From positions 18,073 through 82,072 of the forward strand of contig JABMQN010000003.1 in assembly GCA_013203045.1 (NCBI GenBank): DNA of 64,000 nucleotides, given 5' to 3'. Every line of letters begins with the position of its first letter. Position 1 is the stretch's first letter. Shown piece by piece: positions 56,575 to 64,000 of the stretch. The notes beneath the pieces are model-generated. The model searched no databases. It was not told the DNA's origin and saw nothing but the letters and a program-made list of their open reading frames with translations. This DNA comes from Chloroflexota bacterium. GTDB taxonomy: Bacteria > Chloroflexota > Dehalococcoidia > SZUA-161 > SpSt-899. The position numbers and the translations under genes were made by a program.

Positions 56575-57726
56575 CTATGTGGCAGCAAGACGTAACAGTT
56601 GATCGGCTGTTAGCGCCAACATGCCAAACATCAAATGAGTCATTACTTTAGCATGCCCCCGAACTCGTATCATCCTCCCACCAAACTCGTCCTTCAAGCG
56701 ACCATACACTCTCTCAACACTTGTTCTCTCTTTGTATCGACGGCTCTCAGGCCGTTCAAAGTGAAGAAATTTGAAACGTCGAGCTTCTGCCTTCAAATCC
56801 TCTTTCAGTTCCGTATTCCGCCGTGGATTGATATCCACAATCGGTATATGCCCCAGTGATTTGCTGTACTCTCTGATAACCGGAGCATCATAAGCTGAAT
56901 CCATCAAGTCATATAGGTTGGTAACCCGTTGGTTCGTCACAGATGCCAGAGGTAATGACACTTGGCTGTCATGAACTGAGGCTGAAGTCAGAATACAGCT
57001 AACGGGAATCTGACCGTCTGCAACATCGATGTGAAGCTTGTATCCAATCCAAGTCTCTTTGTGGCCCTTGCTGTTCTTCTTCGTGCCAACATCACACTTA
57101 TTCGGCAGGTCATCCAGCATTTCATCTACCGTTGTCATGGTTTGCTGGCGCTCCAATCGAGTTGTCACTTTCGCCCGTTCCTCACCCTTCTTGGGACGAC
57201 CACGTTTCTGCTTCAAAGATTCCATCTCTGATTCAGCTTTTAATTTCTTCTCCGGCTTTTCCCGAACTTCAATCTCCGTCGAATCCCGAGAGATATGCCC
57301 TACGATATCCTCGGACAGATTATTGACAATCAATGCTTCGTGGACATGTGTCGATAATTGAGTTTCCGAGAACTCTTCATAAGCTCGCGAGAAGGTTGCT
57401 TCGCTTGGTATATCACTCTTCATTTCCCATCCGCAAATACGACGCAACTTATTGTCACATTCAAGACGGTCCAAGAGTGCACGTGTTGTCGGCATATTGT
57501 ATACAGCTTTGGCAACAAAAGCTCGCGCTACAGGAGCACGCTCCTCCGGCGGCCTTCCTCGTAAGCTGTTATTGAGGGCAACAAACCTCTCGATTCGAAT
57601 CATGTCCAATGTGACTATAAGTTTCTGCTCTTTCTCGGTCAATTTGCCAAATGATTCCTCAAGCCAGGGGAAAAGACTCCCTTGTATCTTCAGCCAATAT
57701 CCAGATATTCTCTCAACTAACTCCAC
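56575..57726 (-). mobile_element. IS4/IS5-type DDE transposase gene (insertion sequence; ends not defined)
   Basis: 383-aa protein with N-terminal HTH region and DDE region (...HIDVADGQIPVS...DSAYDAPVIREY...). Terminal inverted repeats could not be identified by eye. Confidence 0.65.
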
Positions 57727-57937
57727 AGATGATCTCCTTCTCGTTTATCTACACTCTCATTTTACCCTAATCAATGGAGATCAAACCATTATTGTACAGT
57801 CGAATAATTATGCCTCTTTACCGACTTTTGCAAGAGGCTCCACTGTTAATCATTTTTCGTACTCCAATCCGCCCCAAGGTAACAAACTGTATACTTTGTT
57901 ACCCACTCGTTGAAATCGGCCAAATTCTAAATGTGTC

Positions 57938-58027
57938 TTGACAATTCACTTTATTATATGTAGAGTAATTCCACATTATATATGTTAATATGTTGACAAA
58001 TACAACTATAATAAGTATCATATGTAG
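57938..58027 (+). promoter_or_regulatory. two sigma70-like promoters (TTGACA-17-TAGAGT and TTGACA-17-TATCAT), each overlapped by a TATATGTAG box; a third inverted box CTACATATA sits at 58298-58306 after the gene
   Basis: Hexamers and 9-mer repeats read directly in an AT-rich leader of the C2H2 gene. Confidence 0.45.
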
Positions 58028-58064
58028 ATGCAATCTATAAAAAGATATTAAGGATGTAGCATAA

Positions 58065-58283
58065 ATGAGTTACGCACAATATCGACCACCACGCCGACTA
58101 TGGATCTGTCCTGTCCCAGGCTGTGAATCGAATTTCGAGGAACGTTGGCGACTAAAGCGGCACCTCAAACTTACTCATAGACTAGGTGAAAGAGACGCTA
58201 CCATCACAGCCGAGAGGTCGGAATACTGGCTACGGTTGGGATATGTGAATCCCCGCACCTTTTTTGGTGATGAAATGGATTAA
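58065..58283 (+). CDS. small C2H2 zinc-finger protein (CPVPGC-x13-H-x4-H)
   Basis: WICPVPGCESNFEERWRLKRHLKLTH is a classical C2H2 finger spacing. 72 aa. Confidence 0.6.
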   Translation: MSYAQYRPPRRLWICPVPGCESNFEERWRLKRHLKLTHRLGERDATITAERSEYWLRLGYVNPRTFFGDEMD

Positions 58284-58359
58284 ATTATTACGATGCTCTA
58301 CATATAGGCTATGCACTGTCTTTGAAAATATGTAATTAGTACTTTGGGAGATCAATGTA

Positions 58360-58875
58360 ATGGACAACATAGATCGCTTGGAAAAATTATTGGACGGTAC
58401 AAATTTCATGGCTTTCCCGGATTTAAATTCTCTGGATCCTATGAAAGATTTTGAGGATCACAACACTGGGGAGTGGGAAAAACTCGGTAATGACAAGGCT
58501 GAAAGGATTAGGGGCTTAATATGGGCGATTGCGGCGGACAAGCTACAGCCGATGGCTTTTGAGAAATGGGGCAACACCAGTGACTCGGCGGTAAAAGATG
58601 TGCTTCAGGAGACGCTAAATGAAAAACTGGGGGAACTCGAACGTAATACGGACTGGCAGCATGTAATCAAGAATGTAAAAAACTACCTTATGAACGAGGA
58701 GCAGTGGACTCCAGAACAAGTCGAACAATTGATTCATTTCTGCCTAATTGATTACTGGGTGGATTTCTGCGCTGATGGCGTTAAAAGTTGGGAGCTATTA
58801 CCACGAGCCAACGTTTGGGAGATAGTCGATTTACTGGCCAGCTTGTATAGGGAGGTCAGCCTTGGCAATAATTGA
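58360..58875 (+). CDS. hypothetical protein (acidic, helical)
   Basis: 171-aa ORF with good coding look. Overlaps the start of the serine recombinase by 14 nt (co-transcribed). Confidence 0.55.
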   Translation: MDNIDRLEKLLDGTNFMAFPDLNSLDPMKDFEDHNTGEWEKLGNDKAERIRGLIWAIAADKLQPMAFEKWGNTSDSAVKDVLQETLNEKLGELERNTDWQHVIKNVKNYLMNEEQWTPEQVEQLIHFCLIDYWVDFCADGVKSWELLPRANVWEIVDLLASLYREVSLGNN

Positions 58876-60997
58876 TGATATATTAATCTCTTTAAACACT
58901 AGGGGATCAAAACCAAGCGAATCAGATCTGCGGAAACTCCCTTTCAGAAAAGCAGACATCTATGGAAGGCAGTCGGATCCCAGCCAAGTACGTGATCACA
59001 AACAATCCCTTCTCGAAATTGCAGACTTGGTGGAACTAGCTAAAAATGATGGGTACAAGAGTGAACTAACCAAAGAACAAGTTGAAGCATGGCTACTATC
59101 AATTCAACGAGGGGAGACGGAGAAAGGCGTATTGGTTAATGGTGATATTATGGTTGATGTTCGGGATTTGGGGATTTCCGGGCAGTTGTCCGCTGAATAC
59201 CGTGAGGGATTGACTGCCCTTATCAACGGAATTGAGAATAACGAGATTGGTTCTGTTTATGTAGCTGAACCCAGTCGACTTACTCGTGATAGAGAAGGTC
59301 TTCAGCCGCCCATTTTTCTCCGCTTGTTTAAAACTCACTTCTGCAGAGTTAGAACGCCAGAAGGTACTTGGAACGCAGCTATACCTGCGGACTGGGAATA
59401 TCTCCACGAAGAATTTCAATTGGCGAGAAAGGAGAATATACACTTCGGGCGACGTTTATACCGAAAAAGAAAAAAGAAAGCAGGAAACGGCGATTATGTA
59501 GGGGAACCTGTCACATTGGGTTACAAATTGAAAATCCTACGTATTAGCTCGAATGGGAGGTACGAATTTGGGAGAATGGAACCGTACGCCCCTCATGCTG
59601 AGATTGTGAACGAAATACTTAGGGAGTATTTAAACCAAGACGGAAGCTGGCAAAGAACTGCCCAAGCACTAAAGGGCACCATAATCCCATTCTTTGAACC
59701 TGAACTCAATTATATGTGTAATTACTCAGTGTTGAGGCAGTGCACTGAGTTGGCAGATGGTTATAAAATAACACCTACACTGATCAAAGGAGTTGTGAAG
59801 AATCCCAAGATTATAGGTATTCATTATTGGGGAGACACAGTTCCAATTGCACATAATCATGAACCTATCGTGTCTGAGGAGTTATTTACAAGAGCCTATA
59901 CGGTGGCAACTAGAAAAGGCAAACCCAAGGGAAAAACTGTAAGATTTGAGCCTCTTGTGCTCTCTGGTCTCCTCATGTGCTGCGAACATCAAGAACCAAT
60001 AGTGATGTCAAGCAATCGCAAGGAAGGGCGCTATAGATGTGATCGTGGATATCGATCTGGCCAAGACCATCATTGTATGCTCATCACTGATCACCTTGTT
60101 GATGAGCCTGTTACATCGGCGATACTCGGGCAGTTGGATTTAACACCATTCGCTCAGGAGGTACTAGACAAATTTGAGACAGACGTTGCACAGGTCAACG
60201 TTGAAAAAATGAACTATCGAAAGAAAGTATCCGAATTGAAACAGAGGTTGGAAAATCTCAAACCGTATTTGGGATGCGGAGATCCAAAGCGAGAGGATAT
60301 ATACTGGGATTTGTACCAGGAAACTCTGGATACTATAAATGACCTTCAGGCCAAACCGCCTTCAGATATCACAAAAAGTAAAGGGACAGACATTACCAAA
60401 TTACGAATGTTCCTTTCAGAATTACCTAAGAACTGGCAATTATTCAACCATAGCCAACAGAATCGGTTTATAGGACTCTTCATTGATAGGATTGATGTAT
60501 GGCACAAGGATCGTCGAATCGATTTACAGATCATTTGGAAAAACGGTTTTGTACAATCATTGACAATAGATCTCCCAAAGGCTAATAACAAACTTGGCAA
60601 TGCATGGACGTCTCAAGAAAAAAACCTTCTTAGATTACTATGGCGGGATTACTCGAGAGAGGATATCCAAGGTGCATTACCCAATCGAAGTTGGGGAGCC
60701 ATTCAGAGCCAAGCGCATGTCATGAAGCTAAAGCGTCAGGTCGGCCATAGTAATCGGACTTACCATGGCCCATGGACAGATGCAGAGGAAGCAAATGCCA
60801 GGAAACTTTGGGAATTAGGAATTCGAAAAGAAGAAATTGCCCATGCAATCGGCAGAGGTGAGAACAGTGTCGCACAGAAAGCACGGCGCTCTGGATGGAA
60901 ACGCCCAGAGCATTTCAGGAAAAAGACCAGCAAGGTGTTATGCGTAGGTGAAAAGTTAGAAGTTCTGCAAGGATTGCCTTCCCAAGGTCGATGGTGA
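58862..60997 (+). CDS. large serine recombinase (resolvase catalytic domain + recombinase domain + zinc ribbon/coiled coil) with two C-terminal Myb/SANT-like repeats
   Basis: Catalytic IYGRQS and RLTRD motifs. Cys cluster CCEHQ...C. C-terminal repeats WTSQEKNLLRLLWRDY...W and WTDAEEANARKLWELG...W. TTG start with GGGAGG RBS. Confidence 0.8.
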   Translation: MAIIDDILISLNTRGSKPSESDLRKLPFRKADIYGRQSDPSQVRDHKQSLLEIADLVELAKNDGYKSELTKEQVEAWLLSIQRGETEKGVLVNGDIMVDVRDLGISGQLSAEYREGLTALINGIENNEIGSVYVAEPSRLTRDREGLQPPIFLRLFKTHFCRVRTPEGTWNAAIPADWEYLHEEFQLARKENIHFGRRLYRKRKKKAGNGDYVGEPVTLGYKLKILRISSNGRYEFGRMEPYAPHAEIVNEILREYLNQDGSWQRTAQALKGTIIPFFEPELNYMCNYSVLRQCTELADGYKITPTLIKGVVKNPKIIGIHYWGDTVPIAHNHEPIVSEELFTRAYTVATRKGKPKGKTVRFEPLVLSGLLMCCEHQEPIVMSSNRKEGRYRCDRGYRSGQDHHCMLITDHLVDEPVTSAILGQLDLTPFAQEVLDKFETDVAQVNVEKMNYRKKVSELKQRLENLKPYLGCGDPKREDIYWDLYQETLDTINDLQAKPPSDITKSKGTDITKLRMFLSELPKNWQLFNHSQQNRFIGLFIDRIDVWHKDRRIDLQIIWKNGFVQSLTIDLPKANNKLGNAWTSQEKNLLRLLWRDYSREDIQGALPNRSWGAIQSQAHVMKLKRQVGHSNRTYHGPWTDAEEANARKLWELGIRKEEIAHAIGRGENSVAQKARRSGWKRPEHFRKKTSKVLCVGEKLEVLQGLPSQGRW

Positions 60998-61306
60998 CAT
61001 CGAACGTATCGCCGTCTACTACCCTATTCACATGAGCTTTGTATGTGTAGTTTAGATTCATTGTGCCCCTTCAATTTTGGTGCTCATTATAACACTTTAA
61101 TTTGATCAGGGAAAACTGGCAATCAAAACCGTGCAAAATGGAATATGCTTTTCTATGTCCGCACGATGATGGCAAATCACTACGGGGGATTAAAAACGGT
61201 CTTGACTTGATCACCATCTTCCTCCATACTATCATGAAAACGATGTTCGATGAATGCTCTGTAATTCTTCCTTGTTGAAAGATTACTGATATCCAGAGGA
61301 ATAGAT

Positions 61307-62803
61307 GTGAAATCGGTCTTCAGTTTAGTCTGCGGCATACTGGTGATAGTTTCTTTATATTTGCCATGGTGGAATTTTGGTATTGAAGTCTCCGGATGGG
61401 AAGTGTTAGGAGAAACAGAGCTTTGGTGGGTAGGTAATACTGGACCGATAATTACTTTAGTTGGCGGGATCGTGCTGATTGGATGTGCACTGGCGGCTTT
61501 GATAGTGACCAGATTTAGATCTGAAGCAAAAAATGTATTTGCTGTGTTGCGAATACTTCCACGGATTGCTGCGTTCCTTGTTGTAATGGGTGCGGTTTGG
61601 TACATAATTGATGCCAGGGATTCAGATATGAGGGGTTGTGGAGGCATTTTACCTTTCGACTGGACTGGATTTGGAACTTGGCTTGCTATCGAGGCAGGTT
61701 TGGGGGGGTTGCTTGTAGGGGTGACTGTACCTTCCAGGTCCAAAATGTGGAGGCGGGAGTATGGAGAGAGTGTTAGTAAAGGTTCTCCTATGACATCTGG
61801 GGTGAGGGATTACAGTTTTCACGAAGATAGATTAGCGGGTCCGGTAAGGGCCTATGGCTCAGCTAAGGAGCATTTCAATCGAGCGAGTGATTCCCAGTCT
61901 GCAGGCAAGGATTCCCAGGCTGTTGTTGAGTATGACACTGCCATCAAACTCGACCCAAATTATACTTTGGCTTATTTCAATCGTGGTACACTACTCCTGT
62001 CGCAGGGCAACAAGAAAGATGCAATCGCTGATTTCGAAAAGGTTATCGAACTCTCTGATGATCCGGACCTTGCCAAAATGGCCCGGCATCGCATAAATGA
62101 AGCGAGTGTTACAAGTGATGAAAAGGAGTCTGGCTCTGTGATGCAAGGGGGACAACTGGAAAGTGGCGAAAAGGTCCCTGTCGTCGATCCCCATAGTTTA
62201 GCAAAAAACCATTTCGATAGAGCTTGCGATTACGAGGCCAGAGGAGACGATGATCGGGCTATTCAGGCGTACACTCAGGCTATTGACAGTGACTCCAAAT
62301 ATTCTTTGGCCTATTTCAACCGTGGATCACTCCGCTTATTGAGAGGAAGTGCGCCTGAGGCTATTACAGACTTTGAAAAAGTCCTCAAACTATCGACTGA
62401 TGATAATCTAACTCGCATGGCGCAAAAACGCCTTGATGAAGCAATGGCTACACTTAATCAAGAAGTCTCGGCTCCCGAATTGGCCAGGCAGTCTGATGAA
62501 AGCACTGCGGGAGATAAAGGGTCTGATCTTGGTAGTACGGCAAGGTACCATTTTAATCGGGCACGTGATTGTGAGTCCAAAGGAGATGATGAACTGGCTA
62601 TTGCAGCGTACAGTCAGGCTATCGTATCTGAACCTGATAAAGCCATAGCTTATTTTAACCGAGGTTCTCTTCATCTTTTACATGAAAATAAAGCTGAGGC
62701 TATCGCGGATTTCGAAAAGGTCATTGAGCTTTCCGATGATGATAACATGGTCGAAATGGCGCAGAATCGTATCAGTGAATTGAATGAGCAAGAGTGGGAC
62801 TAG
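61307..62803 (+). CDS. membrane-anchored TPR-repeat protein (N-terminal 4-TM domain + 4 tandem ~95-aa TPR-containing modules)
   Basis: N-terminal hydrophobic segments. Repeated module ...A(I/Y)xxYxxAIxxDxxYxLAYFNRG(T/S)L(L/R/H)L..G...AIxDFEKV(I/L)(E/K)LSxDD(P/N)(D/N)L..MA... Confidence 0.7.
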   Translation: MKSVFSLVCGILVIVSLYLPWWNFGIEVSGWEVLGETELWWVGNTGPIITLVGGIVLIGCALAALIVTRFRSEAKNVFAVLRILPRIAAFLVVMGAVWYIIDARDSDMRGCGGILPFDWTGFGTWLAIEAGLGGLLVGVTVPSRSKMWRREYGESVSKGSPMTSGVRDYSFHEDRLAGPVRAYGSAKEHFNRASDSQSAGKDSQAVVEYDTAIKLDPNYTLAYFNRGTLLLSQGNKKDAIADFEKVIELSDDPDLAKMARHRINEASVTSDEKESGSVMQGGQLESGEKVPVVDPHSLAKNHFDRACDYEARGDDDRAIQAYTQAIDSDSKYSLAYFNRGSLRLLRGSAPEAITDFEKVLKLSTDDNLTRMAQKRLDEAMATLNQEVSAPELARQSDESTAGDKGSDLGSTARYHFNRARDCESKGDDELAIAAYSQAIVSEPDKAIAYFNRGSLHLLHENKAEAIADFEKVIELSDDDNMVEMAQNRISELNEQEWD

Positions 62804-62926
62804 ATTTGGAATTGTGTGAGAGTTGTTTTGTTATTGGTATTTGACAGGTCCGCTACAGCAATGTGGATTGATGAGTGGGCAGGAGGGTGATGTCAAGACT
62901 CTTAGCTACGAGATAGGAGGCTGGAA

Positions 62927-63847
62927 ATGAGATCAATCGTCAGTTTGGTTAGTGGGATAGTGGTGGTGGTAGGAGCATTGTTTGTGTCTTGGCTTAGTGT
63001 TGTTGAGAGTGGAGGCCAGGACCGTGTAACCAGGTTATTCGGTCGCGAAATAATCGGTGGGGATGCAGAATTGGTAAGCACAAGTGGGCCTATCCTCACA
63101 GTTATCGGTGGTGTATTGCTAATCGTCATCGCACTTGTTTCTTTTATAATGGTTATGGCGAATCTCAGGGCACGGAGAACTTATTTGACTTTATCACTTG
63201 GAGCCAGGTTGGCTGCGCTGCTGGTTATTGCGGGTGCTACTTTGTATTTTACTGATGTTACGGATAATAAGGCGGGTTTGGAGGAATACTATTATCCAGA
63301 TGGAGCGAAAGTGATGATTGAAGAAGGTGTTTTCATCAGTCTTTTTGGAGCCTTGCCTGGATTGATCATCGGTGTTACTACGCCGTTCTCGGTTTGGAAT
63401 ATGCTGTTTCGCAGGAGAGGTGACGAGGAAGGCACTGAAGGCCGGATAGCTACTCCAGTTCAGCGGCGAGAAGAGTACTACACCAACGGAGAAGCTGTTG
63501 ATGGACTCACCTTGAGAAAAGGGTATAGCGAAAAGCTCAAAGGAACTGCTGACGAGGTTCCTTCTGGAACACCGGAGGAGCACTTTACAAGAGCGGTACG
63601 TTATGAGGCGGAGGGGAAGTATGACGAAGCAATTGATGAATACGATGCTGCGATCATCGGCAACGCGAATTATCCACTAGCTCATTCCAATCGAGGTTCG
63701 CTTCATTTGGTCTTGGGGCACAGTGTAAAAGCTCTCTATGATTTCGAAAAGGTAATCGAGTTGTCTGATGATCCCGACCTTGCAGCGATGGCGCAAGATC
63801 GCGTTGATGAATTGAACGAACAGACCAGTGATGATAGCATGGTATAA
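62927..63847 (+). CDS. membrane-anchored TPR-repeat protein, paralog with a single C-terminal TPR module
   Basis: N-terminal TM domain similar to 61307..62803 (SLVSGIVVVVGALFVSWL; ...GPILTVIGGVLLIVIALV). C-terminal ...YPLAHSNRGSLHLVLGHSVKALYDFEKVIELSDDPDLAAMAQDRVDELNEQ. Confidence 0.7.
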   Translation: MRSIVSLVSGIVVVVGALFVSWLSVVESGGQDRVTRLFGREIIGGDAELVSTSGPILTVIGGVLLIVIALVSFIMVMANLRARRTYLTLSLGARLAALLVIAGATLYFTDVTDNKAGLEEYYYPDGAKVMIEEGVFISLFGALPGLIIGVTTPFSVWNMLFRRRGDEEGTEGRIATPVQRREEYYTNGEAVDGLTLRKGYSEKLKGTADEVPSGTPEEHFTRAVRYEAEGKYDEAIDEYDAAIIGNANYPLAHSNRGSLHLVLGHSVKALYDFEKVIELSDDPDLAAMAQDRVDELNEQTSDDSMV

Positions 63848-64000
63848 AAACCATACTTGATGGTTTATCTCGTCTTTACTGAACCCGGATTAGCGAGACG
63901 TAAGGATAGGCTCCTGACCTTGCCTCAAAGTGGTATCGTATAGAGCGGGTTGTCGGGAGTGAACATCCATCTGTTCTGCCATTATAAAAAGGCTCCGTGT

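Noticed and set aside
61180-61743. 187-aa minus-strand ORF overlapping the first TPR membrane protein
   Set aside because: Antisense to a gene with clear TM and TPR repeat structure. Pro/Ser-rich translation.

Overview
Bacterial window, apparently from an anaerobe (bacterial PriA, peptide deformylase, TrmD, L19, enolase; possibly Chloroflexota, a low-confidence guess), roughly 50% GC, gene-dense on both strands. All calls are from reading the sequence; no database search was run.

Layout:
- 1-23.5 kb: housekeeping and transport genes. These include a NhaP-type Na+/H+ antiporter interrupted by an in-frame TAA, def, priA, rplS, trmD, a collagen-like surface protein, two family-III CoA transferases, an aminotransferase, a CbiMQO/NikMQO-type ECF metal transporter with two unusual accessory genes behind a perfect 24-bp palindromic operator, a XerD-like recombinase, a LOG-family protein, a GYD protein, enolase, and an acyl-CoA dehydrogenase.
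- 22.4-23.5 kb: a monocistronic gene with its own promoter encodes a three-domain eRF1/Pelota-like protein (baeRF-type). The GGQ loop reads GGWSQQRYERRR and domain 3 carries a Zn-ribbon insert. This is the most unusual single gene in the window.
- 23.7-53.8 kb: a ~30 kb anaerobic redox/catabolic island.
  - Three paralogous cytoplasmic molybdo/tungstopterin (MopB) enzymes (acetylene-hydratase/formate-dehydrogenase-like, no Tat signal). All three have a VOC/glyoxalase-fold protein next to them or in their immediate module.
  - An OYE-type enoate/dienoyl-CoA reductase, a DmsB-like 4x[4Fe-4S] subunit, two MaoC hydratase halves, an HdrB-like CCG protein, a PaaI thioesterase, two EthD paralogs, seven SDRs, a nitroreductase, an ADP-forming acyl-CoA synthetase alpha-like protein, a DUF1847-like Cys-rich protein, a sugar-phosphate isomerase, a SnoaL-like protein, a Zn-ADH, and a tandem-duplicated Lrp/AsnC regulator.
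  - An unannotated 58-aa 2x[4Fe-4S] ferredoxin, translationally coupled to a FAD oxidoreductase and a tungsten-type aldehyde:ferredoxin oxidoreductase (AorABC-like trio).
- 53.8-61 kb: a GEMM/c-di-GMP-I-like structured leader with an intrinsic terminator, a PAS-only sensor with no output domain, an unannotated 44-aa zinc-ribbon gene, an IS4/IS5-type DDE transposase, a bacterial C2H2 zinc-finger protein flanked by TATATGTAG repeats, and a 711-aa large serine recombinase with two C-terminal Myb/SANT-like repeats (probable integrative element).
- 61-64 kb: two paralogous membrane-anchored TPR proteins.

Intergenic DNA carries at least two families of small palindromic/MITE-like repeats. Three strong promoters share a TGCTAGAAT extended -10.
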